A DNA stretch of 64,000 bases from an uncultured Christensenella sp. (GCA_949292875.1 CASFBJ010000004.1:15903-79902); one strand, 5' to 3'. Positions 38,209-50,600 are shown, counted from the first letter of the stretch. Program-made: numbers and translations. The notes: a model not told the origin generated them from the sequence alone.

Positions 38209-38643
38209 ATGGAAATTTTTATAGACAATTTAAAAGAATTAATTTTCGAAACAAATAAATCGTTAAGGCAATTAGCAGAAGAAAGTGGCGTATCTGCTAT
38301 GCAATTTAGTAGATACTTAAAAGGTTCTATACCGACAATTGATGTAACATTAAAAATTGCAAAATATTTTAATTGTTCATTAGATTATTTATTTGGGTTA
38401 AGTGAAGATAAAAAGACAAAGAAATACAAAACATTTGATTATGATATAAGTAAATTTATTGAAAAATACAATAAGTTATTAGAAGATAATAATATTACTC
38501 ATTTTAAATTTATAAAAAATAGTGAATATGATGAAAGTATTATTAGACATTGGAAGTCAGGTTCAATTCCTAGACTAGATATTGTTTATTACATAGCAAA
38601 AAATTTAAATGGTTCAATAGATGATTTAATAGGTCGTTATTAA
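38209..38643 (+). CDS. Tandem double-HTH XRE-family regulator
   Basis: Two HTH_3-like units (SLRQLAEESGVS...SIP...LKIAKYFNCSLDYL; SIIRHWKSGSIP...IAK.LNGSIDDL). Confidence 0.85.
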   Translation: MEIFIDNLKELIFETNKSLRQLAEESGVSAMQFSRYLKGSIPTIDVTLKIAKYFNCSLDYLFGLSEDKKTKKYKTFDYDISKFIEKYNKLLEDNNITHFKFIKNSEYDESIIRHWKSGSIPRLDIVYYIAKNLNGSIDDLIGRY

Positions 38644-38835
38644 TGTAATAATTAAAATAAAAATAGCCGAGTTTTTCTCGGCTTAATTTATAATAAAAAA
38701 TGTTTTTGCAAATAAAAGATGTTATTAATTTAAATTCACATTTTTAAATATAAAAAAAAGAAGTTCTACTATTTTGTAGAACTCCGCGTGTTTTAAAATT
38801 TCTAAAAAAGACATCGTAAATGTCTTTTTTATTTG

Positions 38836-39030
38836 TTAATCTTGTTTGTTGTCATTTGTTTTATTTTCTACTTGTGCAGTTGTTTCGGTTTTTTTCTTTC
38901 TAGGTTTTCTAGGTTTGTTCGTTTTTTCTTCTTCTTCTGCCTTTTCTTGTTCTTTAGTTTGCTTTTTTACTTTTTTAGTAGTTGCTTCTTTTTTTGTGTC
39001 TGTATTATCTTCTACTACTATTTCAGTCAC
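38836..39030 (-). CDS. 64-aa Lys/Glu/Thr-rich ORF, probably the frameshifted C-terminal tail of the upstream protein
   Basis: GTG overlaps the upstream TGA (GTGA), no SD; one extra A in the A7 run would fuse the frames. Confidence 0.5.
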   Translation of the reverse strand: MTEIVVEDNTDTKKEATTKKVKKQTKEQEKAEEEEKTNKPRKPRKKKTETTAQVENKTNDNKQD

Positions 39031-42000
39031 TTGAGTATTTTTTTATCTTTTTCATGTCTTGCTATAACTTCATCTAAGGCAACTTTTGTGTATTCATCAC
39101 TTTTTAGATATTCTATTTGTTGTTTTAAATCTTGTTCTTTTATCGCATGACGCTTTCTATTTCTAACAAATTTCTTATATTCTGCTTCAATATTTGCACC
39201 TTCTTTAGAACTATCTTCTTTGTATTTGTCTTCTAAAGATTGTAATTTTTCTTGTACTTGAGTAAGCTCAGTTTGAACAGCATTTATTTTTTCTTGTCTT
39301 AAATCTTCTACTTCTTTATCAAGTATTTCTTTGTGTATAGTTGTTTCTCTATCATATATATTGGTATATTTTTTGCCTTTTCTGTATAATTTTTTCTTAA
39401 CTTTCTTTAATATCATACCTATAACGGCAAGCACAAGCGCAAGGCAAGTAATAAGAGTAGGGATAATCCATGTTAAAGCGCTAGGGTCAAGTGGAGTAGT
39501 GCTTCCTGTATTGTCATCTGAACTATCGTCAGCCTTTACTTCTCCTATGAGAATAATATTAGGAAATTCGTCTTCTTTATCCTTTATCTCATTTTGTTTT
39601 ACTGTAAATTCTGCTTCAGTTAGTTTGTCTATAGCAAAATTTGTAAGTTCTACAAATTGTTGAGTGCCATTATTATTTTCATATTTTATTCCAATATATG
39701 GTGTAATCTCTTTAAAGTCTGCACCTTTGATATAATATTCGTATACAGTTTCTTCATCTTTACTAATTACATTTGCAAATAACATTTCCTCATCGGTATT
39801 TTGATTAAAGCCAAAATATGCACCGCTATTTGCCAAATCTTTAAATTCACTAGTTTTTAAAGTGAATGAAATTTTATAGTAATCTGTTTCACTTAAAGTA
39901 TAGGTAAACTTAGATTCAATCTTAGTATCCAAATTTTGTTTTTCAGATGCTATAAGTAAACTTTGAGTTTCATCTACAACTCTTATTCCTGCGTTTACTC
40001 CATCTTGTTTCTCTATCTTCCAAGAAGTAGAAGCGTATAGACCTTTAGAATCTATGCTAGACTCATCATAGTTGAAATAATTTGTAAGCATATCTACATA
40101 TCGTATTGTAGGGTCTTCTTCTATAAGTTCATCTAGTTTTTCTGCAGGTTTGTATTCTGTATTGTCTGTTTCTGTTAAATCGGTTAGCATTATATTGTCA
40201 AAGAATGCGTAACCATATGCAAGATTTGTACTATTTCCTAAACCTAATTCAATAGTAATAGATGAAGTAGTCATAGGTGTAAGAATGTATAAATCTTGTA
40301 AAGCAAATTCGCTACTTACAACAATATCTTTATAGTTTATAAGATTTTCACCAAACATTACTTTGATGTAAGCGCCATCAACAAGAGATTTTGCATCAAT
40401 AGAAAGCTTGTAAAGAGTTGATGCGCTAAGTTCTACTTCTGTACTAGTATAACTTTGATACCCAGATGTAGAAGTATTTACCATAAGTAAATTTTGATTA
40501 GCAATCTTTAACTCTTCTTCATTGTCTTTATCTATAAAACTTTGATTAGATGTTAAGCCTACAGCATCCCATGAAATAGAGCCGTATTCACCATTTGCAT
40601 TAAAGCCAATGTATCTATTATTTATTATACCGCTTGTAGTATTTTTTTCATTTCCAACTTTCCACTCAGCAGGAGCATAAGGAGCAGATATTCCTGCAGT
40701 GTCTGCAACTAAATCAAAGTTGCTATTTGCTATTTTGCTTGAAGATGAACTTTCGCTTGTAAATGCACCTTTTTGACTATTTTTTTCAGTGCTGGCGTTT
40801 TTATAATCTTCATAACTTACTTCGTAAACCTTTAAGTCATCAAAAAATACACTTCCGCTTGCGTTAAGTTTTTCTTTTACAGAACCTAAGCCAAGTTCTA
40901 AAGTCGCTTTTACATCTTCATAAGCATTTCCTTGAACATAGATACTGCACAAAGACCAGTCGTTATTTATAGGGTTTGTAGAAGATGAAATAGTAGTCAA
41001 TTTTATAGTAGAGTAGTCTTCATTTGTAGGAATAATGCTAGCATGAACTCCGTCACCTGCAATGTCCTTAGTCTTCACATAAAATTGGAAAAGATAATTT
41101 TTATACCTTTCTATAGTAAATTCTTCGCTAGTATATGTTATACTTGCCCCTCTCTTGTCATCTTCGCTAAAAGGTTGATTGTTAATGAATAAAACGCTTG
41201 TATCGTTGGCAATATTATTAGTTTCTGGAGAAGTGGGTACTAATGTAATAGATGGATTGTACTCGCTAGAAGAAACATCTACAATTCCGTTTTTGCTTCT
41301 AGAAACATCTCCTTGTGTTTTTACTGTCCAATTTGTTAATGTTTCAAATGTACTATTTGCAAAGAAATTAGAAGTAACATCTATTTTAGACTTGTATTCA
41401 GGATTTTCTAGGCTTTCATCACAAACATACTTTTCACACCTAAGTGCAGAAGTTTTGGCAACTACATTGTTAAACATTTCTTTAGTATATTTTGTGCAAG
41501 TAAGCGTATCAAACATTACTGCACCAGTAGAAGGATACTCTTTAGAACCTAGATATAGTTGTACTTTTGCTTCGCTAGATTTTTTGAAATCTGTTGAAAC
41601 AAAGAAATAGTAACTAGACCATTGATTAGTCGTACGAATATTTAACTTACTAGACACAATTTCATCGCCTAACTTTAGGTACATACTAGCAAAACTTTCT
41701 ATTTGATTTTCCTTATCTTTGTCTAGTATCTTTAAATCTGTACGAACATCTACTCTAATAGCATAGTAACTATTTGCATCAAGCGTAAAACTTGGGCTTT
41801 CTATACCATAACTACCAGATTTCATTTCTGCATTGATTAAGAAAGCGTTAGGAGAGTCTTCATTATGAGAAAGGGCATCTGTAGAGTAAAATAGGCCATA
41901 AGATTCATAATAGTTTTTGAAGTCTTCATCTTTAGTAGATATTACTCCTGCCTTTAAACCGCTATTTTTAGAAAGCACAGTCCAATCTGAAGCCGTTTTA

Positions 42001-42197
42001 GGGAAAGATGAAGTGCTTGTTGAATCAAAACCTCCATTTGTAACGCTGGTTTCTACAAAGCTACTTGCATAAACATTTACAGGTAGAGCATTTGAAACAA
42101 TGCCAGCAGAAAGCATAGATAAAGCAAATATGCCTGTAGCGCAAGTAGTTAATATATTTGATTTTGTTGAATTCTTCTTTTTGTCTTTATATTTCAT
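39027..42197 (-). CDS. Secreted protein with ~4 CBM-like (galactose-binding jelly-roll) repeats, TM anchor and cytoplasmic coiled coil
   Basis: Signal peptide; repeats N-x-x-F-[DE]...W and G-x-x-x-F-D-x-[LI]; TM LTWIIPTLITCLALVLAVIGMIL; start uncertain (42197 or 42230). Confidence 0.75.
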   Translation of the reverse strand: MKYKDKKKNSTKSNILTTCATGIFALSMLSAGIVSNALPVNVYASSFVETSVTNGGFDSTSTSSFPKTASDWTVLSKNSGLKAGVISTKDEDFKNYYESYGLFYSTDALSHNEDSPNAFLINAEMKSGSYGIESPSFTLDANSYYAIRVDVRTDLKILDKDKENQIESFASMYLKLGDEIVSSKLNIRTTNQWSSYYFFVSTDFKKSSEAKVQLYLGSKEYPSTGAVMFDTLTCTKYTKEMFNNVVAKTSALRCEKYVCDESLENPEYKSKIDVTSNFFANSTFETLTNWTVKTQGDVSRSKNGIVDVSSSEYNPSITLVPTSPETNNIANDTSVLFINNQPFSEDDKRGASITYTSEEFTIERYKNYLFQFYVKTKDIAGDGVHASIIPTNEDYSTIKLTTISSSTNPINNDWSLCSIYVQGNAYEDVKATLELGLGSVKEKLNASGSVFFDDLKVYEVSYEDYKNASTEKNSQKGAFTSESSSSSKIANSNFDLVADTAGISAPYAPAEWKVGNEKNTTSGIINNRYIGFNANGEYGSISWDAVGLTSNQSFIDKDNEEELKIANQNLLMVNTSTSGYQSYTSTEVELSASTLYKLSIDAKSLVDGAYIKVMFGENLINYKDIVVSSEFALQDLYILTPMTTSSITIELGLGNSTNLAYGYAFFDNIMLTDLTETDNTEYKPAEKLDELIEEDPTIRYVDMLTNYFNYDESSIDSKGLYASTSWKIEKQDGVNAGIRVVDETQSLLIASEKQNLDTKIESKFTYTLSETDYYKISFTLKTSEFKDLANSGAYFGFNQNTDEEMLFANVISKDEETVYEYYIKGADFKEITPYIGIKYENNNGTQQFVELTNFAIDKLTEAEFTVKQNEIKDKEDEFPNIILIGEVKADDSSDDNTGSTTPLDPSALTWIIPTLITCLALVLAVIGMILKKVKKKLYRKGKKYTNIYDRETTIHKEILDKEVEDLRQEKINAVQTELTQVQEKLQSLEDKYKEDSSKEGANIEAEYKKFVRNRKRHAIKEQDLKQQIEYLKSDEYTKVALDEVIARHEKDKKILK

Positions 42198-42653
42198 AGT
42201 GTCTATATGACTCCTTAATATATATTTCATGGTTAAAATACTTTTCTAGTATACATTACTTATAGCCAAAACGCAAACATTTTATAAATAAAATTTATAT
42301 ATTATACAATATATTTCTTAATTTAATTAGTGAAAGCAAATCAGGTAGTCAAAAGTAGAGTGAGAAAAGAGGATTAGTGAAAGATTAAAAAAAAGAAAGG
42401 AAAATGAGTAAACTTAAACTTTTTAAACATGAAAGAAATTTTTAATATTGCAAATACTAAATGTATGAATGATTTTTTTAATAATAAATTTTCCATAAAT
42501 AATAAAAAAAAGTGGATAAGTAGTAATCAAAAATATTTTGAAAACTTAACTAATTTATTGCCTAAACGAATGTATAGTAAAGTATATATGTCTACATTGC
42601 AAACAAAAAATGAAATTGCATTAAAACAAGATTTAGGTAAAGTAGATACAAAA

Positions 42654-43034
42654 ATGAGTGTAGGTAGAAAAATACTGTCAAGCGTTTTAAGTTTTTGCGC
42701 TGGTGTAATAAATGGCTTTTTTGGTGGTGGTGCAGGAATGCTTATAGTTCCTATACTTGAAAAAGTGAATAAATTAGAAACTAAAAAGGCTCATGCTACG
42801 GCTGTATTTGTTGTCTTGCCACTTTGTATTTTTAGCGTTATTTCATATCTAATTATAGATAAGTTTTCTTTTGAAAATGGCTGGTGGGTAACTCTAGGTG
42901 TTGTAATTGGAGGTGTAATAGGTGCTTTTCTTTTAAAAAAATTGAACGCAAAATATATACGATTTATATTTGCACTACTTGTGCTTGGTAGTGGAGTGAA
43001 ATTATTTATAGATAGCATTGGTTTTATTATTTAA
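42654..43034 (+). CDS. Half-size TauE/SafE (TSUP) sulfite exporter family protein; ORF open from 42429
   Basis: AGVINGFFGGGAGMLIVP, AHATAVFV.LPL, GGVIGAFLL. Confidence 0.8.
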   Translation: MSVGRKILSSVLSFCAGVINGFFGGGAGMLIVPILEKVNKLETKKAHATAVFVVLPLCIFSVISYLIIDKFSFENGWWVTLGVVIGGVIGAFLLKKLNAKYIRFIFALLVLGSGVKLFIDSIGFII

Positions 43035-43076
43035 TTTTAAAAATCATAACAAAATTAAAATAAAGGTTGTTAATAT

Positions 43077-43457
43077 ATGGAAAATGTAATAATTTTTATA
43101 GTTTTAGGCATTTTTGCGGGTGTTTTTGCAGGAATGGGAATGGGCGGCGGTACTTTCCTTATCCCGTTACTTATTTTGTTTTGTTCTTTTTCTCAACTTC
43201 AGGCACAAAGCATAAATCTCATAGCGTTCATACCTATGTCGCTTATTGCACTTATTATACACATGAAAAACAAATTAGTATGTTACAAGCAGTCGATAGG
43301 TGTTATAGTTTTTGCGCTAGCGGGTTGCATCTTAGGTGCTGTGCTTTTAAGTGTAATAGAACTAAAGTTTTTAAGAGTTCTTTATGCAGTATTTTTAGTT
43401 TTTGTAGGTATTTGGCTCTTTTATGATGCAATAAAGAAAAAAGATGAAAAGAATTAG
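43077..43457 (+). CDS. Half-size TauE/SafE family protein
   Basis: AGMGMGGGTFLIP, QAQSINL..FIP. Confidence 0.82.
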   Translation: MENVIIFIVLGIFAGVFAGMGMGGGTFLIPLLILFCSFSQLQAQSINLIAFIPMSLIALIIHMKNKLVCYKQSIGVIVFALAGCILGAVLLSVIELKFLRVLYAVFLVFVGIWLFYDAIKKKDEKN

Positions 43458-43493
43458 ATTGTGTAAAGAAAAAGAATTAGTTATGTTCATTAT

Positions 43494-43525
43494 AAAACTT
43501 GCTTAAGGGTGGAAGCAAGTTTTTT
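43494..43525 (+). terminator. Terminator after the tauE pair
   Basis: AAAACTTGCTT-aagggtgg-AAGCAAGTTTT. Confidence 0.75.
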
Positions 43526-43673
43526 ATGTGTAAAATGTGTAGGTTTTCATAGATTTTTGTGTTTTTATACATTTTTATTTGCTTATTTAGTATTTTATAT
43601 ATTATATTAATATATAATGCACAAACTAATAACGACGTATTACATCAAAAAATGTAAAAGCGAGTGGGGATAT

Positions 43674-44588
43674 ATGAGATATATAAGAACATGGAAAATG
43701 CAAAATTATAAATTACAAGACATTTTAGAACTTGCAAGTAGAGATAAAAATAAGCTGGTTAAAAGAACGGAGAATAGGTACAAGGACAGTGTAATAAGAG
43801 TTGCAAAATATATAGCAAAAAATAATTATAGCATTGTATGTGTATCTGGACCATCAAGTTCTGGTAAAACTACGACTTCAAATATAATCACTAAAAAACT
43901 TGAAGAGTTTGGAAAATCTGCCTTAGTTGTTTCTATGGATAATTTTTTTATAAATAGGTTAGATACTCCACTTCTTCCTGATGGTACAAGAGATTATGAC
44001 AATATAAATGCCGTTAATATTGAACTTTTTAAAAAATGTATGGATGAACTTATAGATACTGGTTCAACAAATATGCCTATCTACGATTTTATTAGCGGGG
44101 TAAGACTAGATGATGCCTGTTGCGTAAAGATAAAAAGTAATACGGTAATTATAGTAGAGGGGTTGCACGCTCTTAATCCTATGTGTATAAGTGAAAAGAT
44201 GAAAACAAGAACTTTAAAAATGTATGTTTGTCCTCAAAGCGGATTTATACAACCTAATGCAAATATAACTCCGGAAACTTTAAGACTTACAAGGCGTATG
44301 GTTAGAGATTTTTATCACAGAGGACATAGTGTGAAGGATACTGAAGCTATGTGGAAGAATGTTAGAGAAAAAGAAGATGTATTTGTAGTGCCATATAAAG
44401 CAGATGCAGATTTTATTATAGATACTACGCATATGTATGAGCCACTTCTTTACGAACACGAACTTTTAAATATTTCGCAAAAAGATGCTGATGCGTTGAA
44501 GTATTTGAACTATTATCTGTTAAATTCTAACTTTTCTAAAAATTACATTTCAAAAGATTCTCTCATATGGGAATTTTTGGGAATATAG
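43674..44588 (+). CDS. Uridine kinase / nucleoside kinase family P-loop protein (start uncertain, 43617-43698)
   Basis: GPSSSGKTT, SMDNFF, IIVEGLHALNP, RL.RRMVRD...RG, E...V.PY. Confidence 0.85.
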   Translation: MRYIRTWKMQNYKLQDILELASRDKNKLVKRTENRYKDSVIRVAKYIAKNNYSIVCVSGPSSSGKTTTSNIITKKLEEFGKSALVVSMDNFFINRLDTPLLPDGTRDYDNINAVNIELFKKCMDELIDTGSTNMPIYDFISGVRLDDACCVKIKSNTVIIVEGLHALNPMCISEKMKTRTLKMYVCPQSGFIQPNANITPETLRLTRRMVRDFYHRGHSVKDTEAMWKNVREKEDVFVVPYKADADFIIDTTHMYEPLLYEHELLNISQKDADALKYLNYYLLNSNFSKNYISKDSLIWEFLGI

Positions 44589-44641
44589 TTACCAACTAAA
44601 GTAAAAAGCAATTAAAGCACTTTATTAAACGAGGTATAGAT

Positions 44642-47600
44642 ATGAGTAAGTATGATTATTATAATAAAAATAAAAAAGAGAAACTATTTTCATGGTCATA
44701 TTTCGGCAAAATGGTTGCTGTAATATTTGCGTGTTTTATAGGCGTTTTCGGGTTAACTATTTTTGTAATGTGGCTTGCAGGTTCTTTTGATGAAAAGCAT
44801 ATACCGCCTGATGGTATAAAGATAGAACTTGAAAATCAAGAGTTAGAAAAAATAAATGGAAAAGACTATCTCATTCCTAAGATTGAAGTAAATGAGGACG
44901 GAGTGAGTACTTTTTCTATTACGGTTAAAGATGCTATGCTTAGTCTAGAAGAAGGGAAAGACCCTTCAACTAGGCCGTCAGTTAATGAACTAGCACTTTC
45001 AGTAGATGTAGATAATGAAAGGGTTATAAAACTTTTAAGTAAAGAATGTAAAATAGGCGAACCTATAGTTTTTGAGATTGTAAAAAATAGTGATGGATTT
45101 TTCAATGGTGGGTTTGCTGGTATTACTGTAAGAAGTTTTGACGGCGTTTACGGTACAGACAATATAAATGTTTTTGTAGATGTGCCTGTAGATAAAGTGG
45201 AAAACAACTTAAAATCTCCAAATACTGCTCAAGAAAGCATAGATGATATAGTTTACAATATTTTGTCTGTTGGGGATATTTTGCAAGTTTTTAAACCTAA
45301 GTATACACCTACTCGTTCAAGCAATCCTACAATACTTGCAAATGGTACTGCTCTTAAAGCAGATAAAAAGTACATATACAAAATAGAATATCAAAGAAAG
45401 TTACCTAATGGTGATACTATATGGGAAGATATAGATAGTACAGGTACTAGCGAAGTAAATAAGATAGTTAAGTGGAAAGAAAGTGCGAAGAAAGATGCTT
45501 TAGTTGCTGTAAAGACAGGTATATTTAGAACTTCATGCATGACATATTCTACATATAAAGAACAAGAAAATGATGATGGAAGTGTAGTACAAGTTCAAAG
45601 TGATTATACATATTTTAAGATAAATGAAGTAAATTATGAATCTATACAATCTGAAGTTACAAGACATATTTTTGAATATGTATTACAAGGAGTATCTAGT
45701 GAAGCAGATTTGAAACCTTTTAGAATTTATTTAAATTCTGCAAAATCTGCACAAGAACTTTCAAGTCTAAATGCTATCAATTTGGGTTTAAATATTACAT
45801 TGCCAAGTGGATACAATCAAGATAAAAATGCATTACTTAATGCTCTTAAAGATGTGTATTTGACTTATGAAAATGAAGTTGAAGTTTCAAAGTATTATAA
45901 AGTTGTAGGTGAAAAGAATGTAGATAATGGCAACTTGTATCCTATAAAGGATATTACAACAGAATACAACGAGTTTACAGAGTATTACTATGAAGTTTAT
46001 CTTATTTCTAAGCAAATAGGAGAACTTGCATTCAAGTTTAATATAAAAAATACTGAAAAAAATTCTACACTTACTCACATAGTAAATTTTTCTATGAAAG
46101 AAAATCATAGTTCTATATCTTTCATTCCTACACAAGATGGTCAAACTTATGGTAAATACGATAGTTTAGTTGTAAAGCCTAGTGTAGATGAACTAGGAAA
46201 AGATATAATGCTTATGGATGTAAGCGTAGATACTTCACTAGATGGTGATAATGCTCATTATGTAGACTTAAATAAGTTAGTAAAAAATACTCCAGAAGAA
46301 ACTGGTAAAGTGCCTTCATATTGGCTTGTAAGGTATTTTGTATACCTTGGTAGAACGCAAGAAGAAGCTTATAATCAACTAATGTTTGTTCAAAATGGAA
46401 TAATGGGCCTAGATGATGATATATTTGAGATTAAGACAGGCGAAGTATATGGCGTAGAAATATTAGATGGAATATTTAGTCCAAAAGCGTACGAATCTTA
46501 TAAGATTTATGCTGTTCTAATGCAAACAGATATTAATGGCGAGCCTGTAATTTATCCTGTTACTGGTACATACACATACAAATCTTGCGAGATGAATGTA
46601 AATGTAAAAGTGCAGGTAAATAGTGTTCAAACAACTATTTTAGATGATAAATTTTCAGAATTATATGTAAATGAATTAAAAGAAAATTATAGTTACTATT
46701 TGCATATACAAGCACTAATCAATGGTGGAGTTGTTAGTGATGAAGTACTAGCAAATTATGTAAAAGATATGTTTGTAACTGCTATAGATACAAATACAGG
46801 AACTGCTCAAAACATACCTGTAAGTATAGGTGATATAACATATCTAAATACAGAAGGAAATGAAGGATATTATGCAAAAATAGATGTAACTACTATGAGT
46901 GCGGAGTCTAGTAGGAATATAAAGTTTGTAGTAAATTATCAAGCATCTTCAACTAAAGTAGAAGAGTTTGGTGCTACAGATTCTTACATTGTTAAGGAAA
47001 CTGCAGTTCGTGGAGTAGAGATTACTAGTCCTAGTATAGATAATATTGTATTAAAAGCAAGTTGGGAAGCAGGTAAAGTTATATGGAGTTATACAGTTGG
47101 TGATAATGAAGTAAAACTAGTAAATGGTAATGAACTTATACTAACTGTATTTGTGAATGGTGAAAACAAACTATATACTGTTACTTCTTCAAATAGTACA
47201 AGTGTGAAAGTGCAACCTTATGGCTCAGACTACAAACTAGTTATAGGTAGTGTAATAGACGGAAATAGTCAAGTAACTATTAGAGCAGAGTCTATAGAAA
47301 ACCCTAATTTCTATGATGAAGTTGTCATTTCTTTTGAAGTTCCAAAACTAGAGTTTGGGTTAGGAGCAACTTTTGCTAACGAAAATGGTATATATGTAGA
47401 TAACGCTTCAGGCGAGATAAAGAAACAGGACGGAAGCGGAATATACAATCATGTAGTATATAAAGGTCAAGAGATAGATTTATTATCATATAATGATGAA
47501 GATAGAATAACAGCAACATTAAACATTCCTAATGACTGCAAAGATTTACTACAATTTTCATTTGAAGTCGTTACTGATTATGCGACAATAGAAGGAAGTA

Positions 47601-50600
47601 AAATAACATTTACGAAAAATCCTGCAACTAGTCAAACTATAACAGTTCTTATACAAGGATTTGCTAGTACGCTTAAGTATGTCTTTAGACTAGATAACAA
47701 CATAAAGATTAGTTACAAAGATGTACCATCTATGTTTAATACAAGCATAAATGAGAATGGACAAAGCATTCAGAATAGAGTAGTAATGACTCTATACAAT
47801 GGTGTATATTATCCAACAATTGTTTACACTAGTAGAACTAGTAACCAAAATACCATTAACTTGAATGACATTATAGATGTTTCTTGCTTAGGTGGAGAAG
47901 CAGACTTATCTAAAATGGTATACAAGATAATAAGCGGAATGGACATAGTTAGCATTTCACAAACAGGTAGTGAAGCAAAACTTTTGACAATTGGGGGCAG
48001 GTATGTAGCAAGGCCTACAATCATAAGCATACAAGTGTATGAAGAAGGTGGGCAAGGTTCATCTATTACATTTAGTTTTTTGGCAGTACCTGATATAATG
48101 CTAAATAGTCAAGTTTTGCAAAGTACGCATAAGTTAAAATTGACCGCAGACAACAAAATTATGGACGGCGGAAATGATGGGTTTGAGATTGGCAAGACTG
48201 ATGCAACTGTATTTATTGCTGAAAGTTATGTAGTTTCAAATGCGGGCGAGCATATATATGACTTAAATAGTGCGGGCGATATAAATGTAAATCTACTTTT
48301 GAAAAATGATGGAAATTCAACTACTACGTTCTATCTAAGAGATTTTGCCAAAATAGCAATAATGTCAGAGCAAGAAGATTTTGCATCATTTATAAATGGT
48401 ATAAGTTCTTCACATGGAATAAGAAATATAGAATTTAGTTGGAAAAAGTATGCAGACACTTCTAATGTTAGTTATGTAGGTCTTACAATCAATAATAATA
48501 TTTTGCAAATATCAACGGCTTCACTTTTAACAAATAAATATTTGCCTATATATATTAGACTAATATTTATTGAGGGCGTGTATATAGAAGTACAAGCAAA
48601 TATAACGATAAATCCTTATTATAGCATTGAATTTAATCTAGAAAATCCTGCAGTAAAACAAGCAGTTGATTGGGCAAATCAAAACAAGTACGCAAGTGTA
48701 ACTGAAGGTAAAAACGCTATAGTTATGTATAATACTCAAACTCTTCAGTTTAAAGATATGCTAAAAGTAAAGAATGATGATACATATAGTTACATAAATA
48801 GTTTCAATTATAACTTGCAAGAAAATCCAAACAACATGATTAAATTGCAAAATGCAACAGTTCCGACTTCAGCACAAGTGCTTGCACAAGTTTTCAATGA
48901 ATTGAAATATGCAAAAGTTGGAGTTTCATACAAGGGTGTTGCTACAGGTTTTGAAATTATAATCATAGTTATAGATAATGTGGATGTGGAAAAAGGTTTA
49001 GAAGAAAACAATATTGAAGGCGTAGTAAATAAGGGAAGCGTAGATGCAAAAGATGCGCCAAAAATAAAATCTAATGTTGTATTTAGTCTAAACGATATGT
49101 ACAAACTTTACAATCTAAGCAGTGGTACAAATATATCATTACAATTTAGTGTAGGAAATGCGGAAGCGGTTAGATATGTAAGCATAAATAACGGAACTAT
49201 TTCATTCAAAGACACAGCAGAAGATATATTAGTTCAAATAGATATAAGCACAAACTTGAAGTATCTAGATGATGAGGGAAATGTTCAAGAGTTAAAATGG
49301 ACTAGATACTTTATGCTACAAAAGACGCAACAAGTTACAGTAACATATCCTTTTGAAAACAATGCAAGTATTTTCACAGAGATATATCCAGATAATGAAA
49401 AATATGTAAATAATAATCCAGATAATTACAAAACTGGTGTAAATGGATATATAAGAGTTAAAGCAAATGATGTACTTAAGTTAAGTGAAATGATATCTGC
49501 AATAGACACAAATACGAATCAAGATATATGGAATAGACTTCTATTTACCGTACAAGAATATGACATTGTTACTCAAAATTGGAAAAATAGTTCATTATAC
49601 AGTGTTACAGGTAGAGATTTTAGCATTCCTTCTACGTTTAACAAAGAAACATATACTCGTATACATATAACAAGTACGGGCGGTGTAGATGCTTATGTAA
49701 ATGTATTGCTAAGTACTCAAGATAATGCAATGCCAAACTTAAGCATGGGGTATCCTAGCGATAAAACTCATATAAGCACAGGTGATGGAAAGCAATATGA
49801 ATATAGAGATAAGGCATTTGCAGGAACAGATGAGATTTCACTTATGTCTTATGATAGCAATGTAAAAGTAACAAGACTAAGTATAGGTAATGAAAGCCTA
49901 ACAAGAGAAAGATTGTATTTGTCTTGCAAAATTACAGGCATGAATAGTATGCAAGAAATAACCGTTCCAGGAATAACTGCAATAATAGAAAATGGTAAAC
50001 TTAAAGTTACGAAAGATGAAAACTATACGGGTGTAGATTTTGTTGTTCGTGTATATGTGAGAACAGATTATGGTTTCTATATGGAGCACAATGATTACAG
50101 GACATACAATATCTATTATGGAAATAATATAAGCATATTACCTACAAGTGAAATGCAAGATGGCGTGCATATGGAACTACAACTAAATGAGGAAGATACA
50201 TCAAAAAATATAATTGACTTAGATTCACTTTTTGATGTAATAGTAGTTGACGGCACACCTATAAATGTAACTATAGATAATTATGGAATCAAAGCAGAAG
50301 GTGGAACTTTTATATACAATGCGTATGTAGACTCGTTAGGTAAAGTGCTTTTAGACTTAAATAACAATAAGACTGAAATACCTGTAGAAGGTATAAAAAT
50401 AATTATAACGCTAACTTTACAAGGTGTTTCTTGCGACTTTGTAATAAAGGTGTTACCCAGTAGCGCAACCATAGACAATGCTGACGGAAGCGTAAATAGC
50501 GCAGAAAATCCCGCAAGCCTTGCTTGTGATGATGCTGGAAATATTACAAAAACAAATTCAATTAGCACATTTTCATTAGATGGCACTACAAAAGATGGTA

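Noticed and set aside
42404-42445. uORF MSKLKLFKHERNF overlapping the tauE ORF
   Set aside because: The SD-to-ATG spacing is only ~3 nt and AT-rich DNA makes chance ORFs likely.
44642-44790. Type IV prepilin signal on the giant protein
   Set aside because: No G|FxxxE motif; it is a plain signal-anchor helix.
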